From positions 15,252,001-15,316,000 of the forward strand of contig NC_082730.1 of NCBI RefSeq assembly GCF_030144855.1: DNA of 64,000 nt, written 5' to 3'. This document shows, one piece after another, positions 12,501 to 24,667 of this stretch. The notes under the pieces were generated by a model. The model was not told the DNA's origin. It did not search any database and worked only from the letters and a program-made list of their open reading frames with translations. The translations under genes were made by a program, and so were the position numbers. Each line of letters opens with the position of its first letter. Within the stretch, counting starts at the first letter, position 1. This DNA comes from Hypanus sabinus. Lineage: Eukaryota.

Positions 12501-13339
12501 AATGTTTTCGTGATCTCTTTTTTGAAGATACTTTGATGTCATTTGATCAACTTTCCAACAAATTTGAATTACCTAAATCTAATTTTTTCAGATATTTACA
12601 AATTAGAAATTTCTTACATAAAGTTTTACCATCTTTTCCTAATTCAACTTTGGTGGACATTACAGATTTGATTTTTACCTTAAATCCTTGTCAGAAGGGA
12701 TTAGTAGCTTTTATTTATAATATGATTATGAAGATACAACCAGAAATATCAATTAGAATTAAACAAGAATGGGAAAAAGAACTTCGATATAATATATCAA
12801 CAGATAAATGGGAAAAAATTTTGCAAATGGTTAATTCTTCTTCTATATGTGCTAAACATGCTTTAATACAATTTAAAATTGTACATAGAGCTCATATGTC
12901 TAAAGATAAACTTGCTCGATTCTATTCTCATATTAACCCTCAATGTGACAGATGTCATTCAGAAGTGGCCTCATTGACCCATATGTTCTGGTCATGTCCC
13001 ACCTTACATAATTACTGGAAGGACATATTTACTACTATTTCCTCAATTTGGAATATAGATTTACAACCTCATTTTATTACTGCAATTTTTGGCATACCAA
13101 ATGAAGATGGTAATCAGTTTTCCCCTTCAATCAGACGAATGATTGCTTTTGTAACATTAATGGCCAGAAGGTCTATATTACAAAATTGGAAAGAAGTAAA
13201 TCCTCCTACCACATTTCAATGGCTTTCTCAAACTATTTCTTATCTGAGTTTGGAAAAAATTAGAAGCACTATTTTTGACTCATCAATTAAATTTGAAGAA
13301 ACTTGGAGACAGTTTATTCGACATTTTCATATGAATTAA
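9530..13339 (+). CDS. ORF2: L1 ORF2p (APE endonuclease, reverse transcriptase, Cys-rich C-terminus; 1269 aa; true start may be the MMDKSV Met)
   Basis: EN motifs SWNTNG, QETH, NIYAP, GGDFN, SRIDYF, SDH; RT motifs KAPGPDG, GTRQGCPLSP, YADD; C-terminal CDRC..HMFWSC; no stops. Confidence 0.96.
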   Translation: MIHTINIGMMDKSVNFISWNTNGLNHPIKRKKIFKVFHRLNANIIFAQETHIRREDNQRFFRFRKGQQFHSNCTAKIRGVSIFIDPSISFTHHEIISDPQGRFLLITGLLFHRKVVLVNIYAPNFDCPEFFKRLFTSLPNLNEYMLIMGGDFNCCLNPSMDRSKPIRTLPNRSALLINSFMVDSGIAEIWRFLNPKDKEFSFFSHVYHSYSRIDYFLIDHRLLTDVIDCKYDSITISDHAPLKLSIKISDYSNNIRSWRLNATLLQDPEFITYIKQQIDLFFSTNCTEEIDRGILWDSFKAFIRGQIISYSAGKRKQRYLDIALLVDKIKEIDKIYSVTPTKELYKKRVELQMEHSLLLSSSIENQLIRTRAQFYIHSDRTGKLLANQLKAISTKRQIIKIRKQDGNLTTDHKEINNTFQDFYKSLYHSEFDGDQSMIDNFFNNLNIPKLIDEDHSLLDAPISMVEIGEAISSMNSGKAPGPDGYIVEFFKTFSSLLSPWLCEIFNDAFAKKRLPQSFYEANISLILKKDKDPTLCTSYRPISLLNVDSKILTKILAIRLEKVLSQIISEDQTGFMRNRYSFFNVRKLINIIHTSPPTIPECVISLDAEKTFDRVEWIYLFNTLRNFNFSPNFISWIKLIYHKPVASVFTNNYRSSFFQLSRGTRQGCPLSPLLFNIALEPLAIAIRESPNIFGITRNEKLYKLSLYADDLLLYISDPDRSIPVILSLLVQFGTFSGYKLNLDKSELFPLNAHTLLSDRIPFKVVTDNFTYLGIKITKKYKDLFRLNFLPMLHQIHQLTTRWSPLFLSLIGRINAIKMMILPKFLYLFQALPVFIPKSFFDNIDSKISSFVWQNKNPRLSKKQLQKSKKDGGLALPNFRFYYWANNIRNLLYWKLHLDSPLCPQWVNLKCNEVKGYSLFSVLGSCLPADLIKFNKQISNPVIKHTLRIWFKFRKFFTLKNFVLDSPILLNFFFKPSWTDQAFNIWKRKGIKCFRDLFFEDTLMSFDQLSNKFELPKSNFFRYLQIRNFLHKVLPSFPNSTLVDITDLIFTLNPCQKGLVAFIYNMIMKIQPEISIRIKQEWEKELRYNISTDKWEKILQMVNSSSICAKHALIQFKIVHRAHMSKDKLARFYSHINPQCDRCHSEVASLTHMFWSCPTLHNYWKDIFTTISSIWNIDLQPHFITAIFGIPNEDGNQFSPSIRRMIAFVTLMARRSILQNWKEVNPPTTFQWLSQTISYLSLEKIRSTIFDSSIKFEETWRQFIRHFHMN

Positions 13340-15825
13340 TTTGGCCTTTTCCAGACCTTCTCTCTGCTTATTCATGTTCAGGTATGGAGTTCCGGAGTTC
13401 TTTGACACTATCATATACTTGTAAACTGTTATTATTGCCCATGTTAGTTTAGTTTAGTGTTTTATTTTTCTTAATATATACTTTTTTTCACATATTTTCA
13501 TTTTTTTTTCTTTTTTAATGGTTATTTTTGTTTTTTTTTCATATAATCATATGGACTTGATTGATTAAGGTATTTTCTTCTGTTGATGTTAAATAGGATA
13601 TTGTTATCTTATTATCAATGTGACTTCAAGTCTATTGTATTCATAATTTACTTATTATTATGTTTTTTTTTGTGTATATATGAAAATCAATAAAAAGATT
13701 GAAAAAGGAATTCTGCAAGTCTGATTCGCTGATTTATTGGCAGGTGGCGGGGGAGCTGCTTGGCCTCGGTCGCAGTGAGCACTGGGCCTCAAGCCACAGC
13801 ATTACCTGTTTTCAGCCCCCAGAGTCACTGCACTCCATCGGAGGCGGTGTGGTGTGCGTTAAAACTGGAGTCCGTGATGCCCCCAGTGATCACTTGGTGT
13901 TAAATTGAAGATTGCTGCAGCATTCATTGACATGATCTTGGACTATATTTTTTCTTATGTGACTGTATTTTTCTGATATCTTATAGTGCTTGCTGTCTTA
14001 TTTGTATTATATGTGCTTTGTGCTGTGTCTAACTGTTAGTATTGTGTTTTGTACCTTGACCCCAGAGTAATGCTGTTTTTTTTGTGTGTATTCATGTAAG
14101 GATGAATGACAATTAAACTTGAACTATGAACTATAAATACGTGCCTGTCTGAAATGAAATCGGTGAATAACATATATACCCAGAAGGTCAGACAGCTTCT
14201 GAAGAGATCAAAGTCAAGCTAATACTTAATAAATTTGTTCTGATGGAATGTCAGAATGAGTGATTAACTGTTTCCCTTTCCTGAAGATTCACAAATGTTG
14301 ACAACAAAGGGAAGTCCAGGAGTATGAATGTGATCTATTTCCCATGAATCCATTTCAGTTCAAAGCAAAACCCATTTGTTGATAACATCAATTTATGAAG
14401 AGGCATCTAAATTGATTATTATTCATTGGCTATTAGTAAAAACAACATCTGCAGGCATTTGAATCCATAGAACGAAGTTTAACAGTGTAAAAGTGTATTA
14501 ACCAGTGCACAGGTATGTGGGGGTTAAATCTTTCTGCTGGGGTGATGAAGGAAACATTGGGATAACTGTTGTAATATTGACATCAATGAGGGTAACATCT
14601 TGGAGATGGAATTCAAAAATAAAAGTCACTACCTTAAAGGATGACAACATTATCTTGTTTATTTTTATCTTCATGGAGTCAACAGATTAGCTCTCAATGC
14701 ACAAACTGTGCAGAAGAACAAATTGTTGATGTTGATGCTAAATTCAAGCACAGTCAGTGTAATCTTGGAGTCTTCACTTTACCTCCTGGATCACCAGGCT
14801 GTGAGGATCAGATCCATCACGTCTCTGCAAAAGGCAATGGTCAACCCATCAGATTGTTTGACAATGGGAACTCTGCTTTATTTCAGATGACCACTCACAG
14901 TGGAATTTTGTCTGAAACAAGCATTCCATACATTCACATCAAGCATTCTACGCATAAGTGAACATGTTAAAGCCAAGTCGTATCATCAGACCATAAGATA
15001 TCATCAGACCATAGGAGGAAAGTAGGCCATTCGGCCCATTGAGTCTGCTCTGCCATTCAATCATGGCCTGATTCAATTCACCAGTCATCCCCACTCCCCT
15101 GCTTTCACCTCATACCCTTTGGTGCCCTGGCTAATCAATAACCTATCTATCTCTGCCGTAAGTACACACAGTGACTCAGCCTCCACAGTCGCTTGTGGAA
15201 ACAAATATCAACTGCATAAAGCTCAGTTTGACCATAAGATAAGAAAGGATTCATGCATTTAAATGTTTTCCTTCAAATGATCAGTATGTTTGATTCTACT
15301 AATCTCCATAAGACTACCTTAGTTTCTCTTGTAAACCACGAGACTGAACTCTGTCGATTATCAGGGGAGCGAAGAGCGGCCAACGACCCACCATCCACAT
15401 CATGAAACTGAGCAAAGGGGAAGAGATATAGAATCAGTACGAAGAGATGAGGAGGCTTTGTGTTCCCTCTGTAATCTCAGCGATGTGGAGTGAGGTAAAG
15501 CAGCTGAGCCAGGGGGGTTCAGACAGTAGGCTAAACTGGTATACATTACAAAGTTGTATTTAGCATATATTATTTAATTATTTATGTTTCTATATTGCTA
15601 TATTTCTACACTATTCTTGTTTGGTGCGACTGTAATGAAACCCAGTTTCCCTCGGGATCAATAAAGTACGTCTGACAGAGAGAGAGAAAAAATAACATCT
15701 GATCATCAGTTACAGACCTCATTACTAGGACATGCCTGCAGAAAAAATGTAGACTGTAAATCAGAATTTGCAAAGTGAAAATAAATTTTGGAAAGGAAGA
15801 GAAGGAAATGGTGAAGAGCAGAGGT

Positions 15826-16910
15826 CAGAATCAGAATCAGGTTTATTATCACCGGCATGTGTCTGGAAATGTGTTAACTTAGCAGCAGCATTTCAATGCA
15901 ATACATAATATAGAAGAAAATAAAATAATAATAATTATTATTAATAATAAATAAGTAAATAAATCAATTGCAGTATACATATATTCAATAGACTTTTAAT
16001 TGTGCAAAAACAGAAAAATATATATTTTAAAAGGGAGATAGCATTCAAGGGTTCAATGTCCATTTAGGAATTGGATAGCAGAGGGGAAGAAGCTGTTCCT
16101 GAATCATTGGGTCTGTGTCTTCAGGCTTCTGTACCTCCTACCTGATAGTAACAGTGAGAAAAGGGCATGTCCTGGGTGGTGGAGGTCCTTAACTTATGGA
16201 CACTACCTTTCTCAGACACCACTGCTTGAAGATGTCCTGGGTACTTTGTAGGATAGTACCCAATATGGAGCTGACTAAATTTATGACCCTGTCCAGTTTC
16301 TTCCACTCCTGTGCAGCAGCTCCCACACACAGGACAGTGATACAGCTTGTTGGAATGCTCTCCATGGTACATCTATAGATGTGTTTGAGTGTATTTGTTG
16401 ACATACCAAATGTTTTCAATCTCTTAATGAAGTATAGTCACAGTCTTGCTTTCTTTATAACTGCATTCATCTGCTGGGACCAGGCTAGGTTCTCAGATAT
16501 CTTGACACCCAGGGACTTGAAACTGCTCACTCTCTCTAGTTCTGATCCCTCTATGAGGACTGGTATGTGTTCCTTCATCTTACCTTTCCTGAAGTCCACA
16601 ATCAGCTCTTTTGTCTTACTGATGTTGAATGCCAGGTTGTTCCTGTGACACCACTCCACTAATTGGCATATCTCACTCTGTTACGCCCTCTCATCTCAGA
16701 GTCTACCAACTATGGTTGTATCCTCAGCAAAATTATAGGTGGTATTTGAGCTATGCCTAGCCAGACAGTCAAAGGGTATAGAGAGTGTAGAGAAGTGGGC
16801 TATGCACTCATCACTGAGGTGAACCAGCGTTTATCATCAGTGAGGAGGAGATGTTATCAACAATCCACACAGACTGTGGTCTTCCAGTTAGGAAGTCAAA
16901 GATCCAATTG
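15826..16910 (-). mobile_element. Rex1/Babar-like LINE 3' fragment
   Basis: ORF 16438-16659 WCHRNNLAFNISKTKELIVDFRK...FKSLGV (RT C-terminus); tail repeat cagaatcagaatcagg at the left end. Confidence 0.75.
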
Positions 16911-16949
16911 CAGAGGGAACTACAGGGGATCAGAGGTACAGAGAGTCAG

Positions 16950-18970
16950 TAACTTTAAATTCCATGCCGTTATCATTTTGGAGGACTGTTTTGGATCCAG
17001 CACATATCTACCATCACAAAGAAAGCATGGCAGTGCATTATTTACATAGAAGTTTGAAAAGATCAAGATTTCCACTCTGACTGCTTACATAACGGTATGG
17101 TATGAAACACTAATACTCTTGAATGGAAAAAAAATGCAAAAGGTAGTGAATACGGCCCAGTCCATCCCAGATAAACTCCTCCTCACTGCGGAGCACATTG
17201 CTAGAATATGAACAGCATCCATCATCAATTGGACTATGCTCTCTTCTTCCTGTTGCTGTCTGCAAGCAGGTTCAGGGACAGATATTACCCCCTAATCATT
17301 GGGCTTCTGAACCAGAGTGGATAATTTCACTGATCACTGAACTGATTCCACAACCTATGGACTCATTTTCAAGGACTCTACTACTCATGTTCTCAAATAT
17401 TATTTAGTAATTATTTGCATATTATTATTATTCTTTAATTTTTCTTTTGGTATTTCACTTTTTTTGTCTTTTACACATTGATTATTTGTCTGCCTTTCTT
17501 CATGGGCAGCTTTTCATTAAATTCTATTGTGTTACTTTGTATTTACACTGATTGCCTGAAGTAAATAAATGTCAGGATAGTATAATGGCCACAAATACAG
17601 TATGTACTTTAATAATAAATTTAAGTTTCTTTTCTGAGAATGATACAACAATTTGATCCACATAACATTAAGAATGATTGAAATTGGATCCATTTCCAGC
17701 CTTAAAGACGGATGGACAATGGAATTAAAAGTTAGGCATTGCACAAAATGAGCCGTTACAGCTTGTTGCAGCTTGTAATGGTCAGTGTGAATCTGTAAAC
17801 AGAAGTTGCTGCTTTTCTCAGAGTTGACATGTAACTGTAACCCGTGGATGTACATTTAGCCTCAGAGCTGCTACATGAAGGGAGCTGTTTGCAAATCTGA
17901 GAATCAACACTGCATGACAGCAAAGTGCAAAATTTTAGAACATTCTTTATAATCAGATAATGATGTGGTGGAGCATAAATTTATTCACACCATGGATGAG
18001 GGAGGGAAGAAAGTGACCAAAGGCCCATTTACTCTTACAGAACATGGAATAAAAATAACACCAATTTTGAGCTTATTTTAGTTGTATATCTTCCACCAAC
18101 CATTGATCAAGATGATGTCACTTTCTTTGATAAATATGACTTAGAGAATTCACATTTTAATGTGTCAAGTTCCAGTAACTGACTGACTGTAGTTTCAAGA
18201 TCAGGCACTTGAACAGCATGGAGTTCAACACTGAACTGAGCATGACACACAAACTATGGGCTCTCTTTCAAGGACTCTATAACTCATGTCCTCAGCATTT
18301 ATTTATTTGGAGATACATCACAGTACAGGCCCTTTAGGCCCAATAAGCCACGACACCCAGTAACCCACTTATTTAACCCAGCCTAATCCCAGCACAGTCT
18401 TCACCAATTTGATTTGACACAAGAAGATGCATTTTGCTGTATATTTTGATGTTTTCATGTACATATGACAAATAAAAGGCCAATCTTCTTAATAAAACAG
18501 AACATACATGCAATAGTTCCTTCTTGTCTATGTAGCCCATTTGTTTCCAATAAAACAGAATATTGGCGACCAATATTCTACCAATACCTTATGTGATACT
18601 GATTTACTGTTGCATAGTGGCAATCGTTTGTGATTGCTCTTCCTACAACTCCTCTTACCCCCTCTCTCCATCTACACAACTATATCTCTTTCTAAGCAAA
18701 AGGAAGTTGAATGTAAAAGCATAATTCCTGAGTATCTGAAGACAATTTAAAAAATGGAGCAAATGAGGGTGAGGGACAAAATGATAGAGACTTACAAGAT
18801 GATCAGAGGCACATATCAAGCAGATATCCAAAGACTTTCCCAGGGCAGAAATGGCTAATGTGTGGGGGAATAATTTCAAGGTGATTGGAGGAAAGAATTA
18901 AGAGGGTGTCAGAGGTATGTTCTTTACACAGAGTGGTGGGTGCATGAAAAGCCTTGCCAGGAGTGATTGA
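16950..18970 (-). repeat. Segmental duplication copy B (same orientation as A)
   Basis: 17620-18200 matches 2686-3340 (aataa..tttcttttctgagaatgatacaa, gaagggagctgtttgcaaat, gtttcaagatcaggcac); 18730-18960 matches 3655-3900. Confidence 0.85.
18520..18690 (-). pseudogene. Truncated CD300/MDIR-like IgV exon with premature stop (pseudogene B)
   Basis: Minus-strand frame reads WREGVRGVVGRAITNDCHYATVNQYHIRYW*NIGRQYSVLLETNGLHRQEG, then turns into repeat sequence; no leader exon found. Confidence 0.85.
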
Positions 18971-19191
18971 TAATGTAAGACCATATTGACAATCGTAAGA
19001 TGTATCTCTCTCATTTTACTCAAAACTCATCTGTTTGTTTTTATTTTTAATTGATCTTTGATCTGTTTATTCAATGACTGAAAATGTGCTTAAGCTGTAT
19101 AAGTATTTGTTGTTGGTTGAAAATGAGAATCGCCTCTGCATCCTCTCTAAAGCAACCAAATCCTTCATGTAATGAGATGACCACAATACTT

Positions 19192-20215
19192 TGTTACGTA
19201 CCCCGTAGCTGGGTGTCATACCAGCAAAGATAGAAGTGTCTGCTGGAGTCTGGTGATACTATTTTCAACAATATTTATTAGCAAAAATATACAAAATAAT
19301 ATCAGTGAATATACAGAGAATATACATTAACAATACTAAACCTAAAAGTGCGGGAATAATAATAATCTCTAATGAATTAAGCTCTATCATTGTCTAGGGG
19401 ATAATGAATTGTCAGATTGAAATATAAAGTTGAGTTCTGTTCATGCAGGCTGCGGTAGTTGTTTGTCGATGTGTTGCAATTGTTGGAGAGAGAGAGAGAG
19501 AGAGAGAGAGAACGTGTGAACAGTAACAGCTATTATCTTGCCAACCTTCCTTTACGATTTTGATCCGTCGATGCGTTGTTGTTGTGGCCATTCACGTATG
19601 ACCCCTCCGTCCTTTAGCTAGACCGTTCTTCCGTGGTGGACTCATCACCCAGGCAAGGGTGGACACACACAGAAGCCCCCACTAGTCTTGCTACAAAACA
19701 CTGTGAGTTAAAATTTACTGACCCTTTGTTCGGTCTCCGATCTCCCAGCCTGTCTCGTAGGGGGGTTCTGATGCTCACTAGCATTTCTCCTGGTGCATTT
19801 GAGGGGTGTTACCCCCAGACCTCACTTTTATCCCCACTCACGGGGTCTCAGGTGTCAGTCAGTTTGAGATGATGTAACCCATCAAACCAGCCCACTCTGG
19901 TTGCCCCCTGAGGGGTTTCAATGAATAGAACAGTACCAAGTAAACAATCCTTCTCCAAAAGACAATAGCAGTAATCAATGGTTCCGCTCCTCTTTTGTTA
20001 GTAGGGTACCATGGGGTACCTTTTAGCTGTTTCTGTCTCTCTCATTCTCTTTCATGAGCTGTTATCAATAACAAATGCCCTGGCAGATTTCCTTTGTCTC
20101 TCTTACTTCCTTGATTACAGCATCAAAATAGTAGCGATTTGTGATTCTCCAAAAGGGAGGGGGCATGGGCGACTCTGCACCCTCCTCCCATCAGAGTTGT
20201 TCATCCTTCGTAACA
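19192..20215 (-). repeat. 3' LTR of Gmr1-like element
   Basis: tgttacgtacccc...cttcgtaaca; direct repeat of 23635-24667; contains (GA)n. Confidence 0.93.
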
Positions 20216-21758
20216 CCCCCGTCCTTCTAAGAATTTTCACCAAAGGGGAAAATTAACTAATACTGAGTCTTACAGAATTACAGAATCTAACACAATACAA
20301 ATGAGTTTTTAACTACAGAGTAATACAGATATACATTCAACTTAGCATCTAAACAGTTAGCGATTACATTGTCACTTCCTTTAATATCTTAATATCTTGT
20401 ACCTCAATAAATTCCTGTAGCATCAGACTCCAATTTAATAACCACCCATTTTTATTCCTTTTCTTCAGCAAAAACAAAACTAAAGGGTTGTGACCTTAAG
20501 TATATATTACAAAATGTGAACCAATACATGTGTGATTATTCTGTAGTATATTACAAAAGTTTATGCAAATACTAATCTTTATTTTTCTTTTAAACTTAAC
20601 AGTCAATCTTCCATGGTGTTGTCTTTATTATTTACATGCTTTGTTGGATTCCCTCAAAACCAGATCCTGTTATTTAAAGTGGCATTTTGTCAACCTTTGC
20701 CTCTTTTCCACGTAAATCTCACGTGGGTAGCTTGCTCACCAGTGTGAAATAGGCTTTCGCGTACTCCTCTCATAGAGGTCATTTTATCAACAATGTTTTC
20801 CAGACTTAGCCCATTTTCTGAACTTCCACACAATTCTTTATTTTTAAGCAAGTCTTTAATTTTATCTTCAGGACCCTTCATTCTATTAGTTTTAAGTTTA
20901 AGATCTGCAAGTTGTTTACCTCTAAATTACAAAACAAACTGTAATTGACTCACAGGCAACTTGTTAACAAGCCATTGTTCCTTCAGCTTGCTTACTGCTT
21001 CTGAAACCAATCCAGACTTTAAATTTTCTTTCTTCAATTTAGGAACTACACTTTTCCCTTCTCCCTCAATAATAATATTCACATCACCAGCTCCCATCTC
21101 CTCACTAACTTTTAACACACCTTCTGACACAAACTATTGAGAATTCTCACTTCCCACTGGTACCAAGATTAACCCTTTTTTTCACTGAACCAAGTCTATC
21201 TGACCCAAAAGGACTGCATTCCTTTTCAACTACATCAGATACCTCAGACTTTTCCTGAGTTTCATTACTAGGTTCAGTACCAGGTGCATCCACATCTTGA
21301 ACACACTCAAACGGGACATCTACCTCTTCCAGGCTTTCCATACCAGTCCCTTTTTCAAATTCTAAGTTCCCCTGATCCTCCCATTTACTCTCTGGGCAAC
21401 TCCCATCCAGAGTAAACTCAACTCTGTGGGTTAAAACAATTTCATCTGCTAACCCAGCAGACTCCTTCAAGGTAACGGCATCCTTTTCATCTAGGACTGC
21501 CCTTATATCATTATTGGGAACACATTTAAATTTTTCAACTTCTTCAAACAGTTCCATCAAGCCAGACAGATCATCTGTGTCCAAACCTGGACCTTCCAAC
21601 TGCCTTATCTGTTTCTCATCTTTACTCTGTGCCTCTATAAATTCCCTCTTGGCTAAGGGTAGTTCTACCTCCTCTCCTTTACTCTCTTTCACTTCCCTAT
21701 TCTCCATTTTACCATCCTCTAACCCCTCTTGGCACAGGGTCGGTACAAACGTATCAGC

Positions 21759-23491
21759 CTAATCGACACCGGACTGATTTAAGCTGGTCTCTTTCTCAGC
21801 TGCCTTTCTTGACATGCTGCGAGTGATCGCGCATGCGGGATAGATCTTGGAATCTAGGGTCGGGTCCTCAACACTTACAGGCTTGCTCGTCAGCTTCACT
21901 GCTGAACACACCTCACCACCTGCTAAATCATTGCCAAGAAGGATGTCCACACCGTCTCTCAGTAATTCTGACTGCACCCCTATTTCAAATGGTCCAGATA
22001 CCAGATCACAATTTATAATGATCCCATGCAAAGGCATAGCTTCTGTCCCTTTTCCAATGCCTCTCAAGACTACCTCTCCAGTCTCAGGACCAAAATCTCG
22101 TACCTTACTGAGAATCAATGACTGCTCAGCTCCAGTATCTCTCCAGATCCTCACTGGAACTGGGGTTTCTCCCTCTTTCACAGACACGGTCCCTTTTGAA
22201 ATAAATTTCTCATGCCCCTCTTGTATTTTATCTACCTGGGCCTTTCTTGTTGATTTGCTGATCGACACAATACACCCTGTAGGGACTGCTGCGTCCCCTT
22301 TTCCTGTCTCCTTCCTCGGAGCAAAGCACTTAGATGCAATATGACCAACCTTTCCACAATTAAAACATGTCAAGCCAGGAACCCTCCTGCCAGCCTGCCT
22401 TTCTTCCTCCTTGCCTTTACCACTAGCTCCCAGCTTATTTTCTACCTTAGCCGGCGGGCTTTCTCTATCATCCCTACAGTCTTTCTGATAACACTTATTC
22501 GAGGAAAACTTTGTCTTGTGGGTTAGGGTATATTCATTTGCGAACCTGGCAAATTCTGATATAGACTTATTTGGCTTCTCATTCAAATACATCCAGGTAT
22601 CATCCGAAACACAACCTTTAAATTCCTCAATCAGAATTAACTCTCTGAAATGACGGAAATCCTCCTCCACCTTTTCTACTGCACACCAACGATCCAGGAG
22701 CACACCCTTCTCATAGGCAAACTCTGCATACGTCTGATTCCACACTTGCTTTAAATCTCTGAACTTTTGTCTATATGCTTCAGGGATTACCTCATAGGTC
22801 CGAAGGATGGCCCACTTTATTTCCTCATAATCCGCAGACGCGTCCATGGACAATGCCGCATATGCCCGTTGAGCCTTCCCTTTTAACACACTTTGTAACA
22901 ACGTCACCCACTGATCTCTGGGCCACTTCTGATTCACTGCCACCTTTTCAAAATGCAAGAAATAACTATCAACATCTGTCTCCTCGAACGGAGGTACTAA
23001 CCTAAACTCCCTAATAACATTAAATCTCTCTTCTCGATCTGCCCCTGGATCTCTTCTCTCTTGCTTTAACTTTTCCATTTCCAGCTCATTCTGCCCCTGT
23101 TTCTCCTTCTCCTCATACTCCCTCTGTCTTTCAGCTCTTTCCTTCTCCCTTTCCTCTGCTTCCAGCAGTTTTAACCTAAATTCAGGCTCCCTCTGCTTTT
23201 CAGCTCTTTCCTTCTCACCTCTAACTCCTTTAACTGGAGCTTATACTCCCTTTTTAACTGTTCTGCATCCAGCCTCAATTTTTCCAACTCTACCTGAACC
23301 GTCCCAATAGCTGGTAGCTTTTCAGGGATATGTTCCAATACCTCAGCTGAAAACACATCCTTCTCAATATAATACTGAGTTATGGCCCTGTGCATCTCCC
23401 ACTTTTTCATTGACGACTTCAACTCTGTGAGATTTAATCCTTTCGCAATATTTACCAAGTCCGTCTTTGTAGCATCCTCTAGTGCCTTCAA
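21759..23491 (-). pseudogene. gag: Gag (SCAN-like capsid, zinc knuckle) and aspartic protease, frame broken near 23080-23170
   Basis: RLVPPFEETDVDSYFLHFEKVA...WVTLLQSVLKGKAQRAY...PEAYRQKFR; CFNCGKVGHIASKC; IWRDTGAEQSLI. Confidence 0.85.
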
Positions 23492-23613
23492 AGTCGGGTT
23501 TTGTGTAAATTCGTCTATGTCAATCTTTCCTGGTCTCCCATCTGGTTACCCATGCAACCAGATCAAAGTCTGGACTTATAGCACGATTCACTGGCCCTCC
23601 AAAATGGTAACAT

Positions 23614-23631
23614 ATCCCGGATGAGCCCCCA
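23614..23631 (-). promoter_or_regulatory. Primer-binding site complementary to tRNA-Pro
   Basis: Minus strand TGGGGGCTCATCCGGGAT, 17/18 to the canonical Pro PBS TGGGGGCTCGTCCGGGAT, 3 nt from the 5' LTR. Confidence 0.92.
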
Positions 23632-23634
23632 ATT

Positions 23635-24667
23635 TGTTATGTACCCCGTAACTGGGTGTCTTAACAGCAAAGATAAAAGTGCCCGTTGAAGTCTGGTGAT
23701 ACTATTTTCAACAATATTTATTAGCAAAAATATACAAAATAATATCAATGCAAATATACATAGAATATACATTAGCAATACTAAACCTAAAAGTGCTGGT
23801 ATAATAATAAACACTAATGAAACAAGCTCTATCATTGTCTAGGGGATAGTGAATTGTCAGATGGAAATATAAAGTTCAGTTCAGTTCATGCAGGCTGCGG
23901 TAGTTGTTTGTCGTTGTGTGACAATTGTTGGAGAGAGAGAGAGAGAGAGAGATAGAGAAAATGTATGAACAGTAACAGCTATTATCTTGCCAACCTTCCT
24001 TTACGATTTTGATCCGTCGATGCGTTGTTGTTGTGGCCATTCACATATGACCCCTCCGTCCTTTAGCTAGACCATTCTTCCATGGTGGACTCGTCACTCA
24101 GGCAAGGCTGGACACACACACAAACCCCCACCGTTCTCGCTACAAACACTGTGAGTTAAAATTTACTGACCCTTCGTTCGGTCTCCAATGTCCCATACTG
24201 TTTCGTGGGTTTCTGCTGCTCACTAGCGTTTCTCCTGGTGCGTCTGAAGGGTGTTACCCCAGACCTCGCTTTGATCCCCACTCATGGGGTCTCAGGTGTC
24301 AATTAGGTTGGGATGATGTAACCCATCAAACCAGCCCACTCTGGTTGCCCCCGAGGGGTTTCAATGAATAGAACAGTACCAAGTAAACAATCCTTCTCCA
24401 AAAGACAATAGCAGTAATCAATGGTTCCGCTCCTCTTTTGTTAGTAGGAGCCATTCCACCATGGGGTACCTTTCAGCTGTGTCTGTCTCTCTCATTCTCT
24501 TTCATGAGCTGCTATCAATAGCAACTGCCCTGGCAGATTTCTTTTATCTCTCTTACTTCTTTGATAACAGCATCGAAATAGTAGCGATTTGCAATTCTCC
24601 AAAAGGGGGGGGGGCATGGGCGACTCTGCACCCTTCTGCCCAGCAGAGTTGTTCATCCTTCGTAACA
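23635..24667 (-). repeat. 5' LTR of Gmr1-like element
   Basis: tgttatgtacccc...cttcgtaaca; paired with 19192-20215. Confidence 0.93.

Larger units (their letters stand above)
7557..13706 (+). mobile_element. Full-length L1-clade LINE (6150 bp) with intact ORF1 and ORF2
   Basis: 15-bp TSD ggaattctgcaagtc at 7542-7556 and 13707-13721; 5' end gggggtggagtttcaagatgacg; two long open ORFs; 3' UTR ending aataaaaagattgaaaaa. Confidence 0.96.
19192..24667 (-). mobile_element. Gmr1-like Gypsy LTR retrotransposon, non-autonomous (gag-protease only)
   Basis: Two about 1-kb LTRs (TG...CA), tRNA-Pro PBS, polypurine tract at 20216-20230, SCAN-like capsid, CCHC knuckle and DTG protease; no IN/RT/RH motifs in the internal region. 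Confidence 0.88.

Noticed and set aside
14641-14961. 106-aa ORF downstream of pseudogene B
   Set aside because: No recognisable motif or splice-consistent Ig frame on either strand; cannot be supported without a search.
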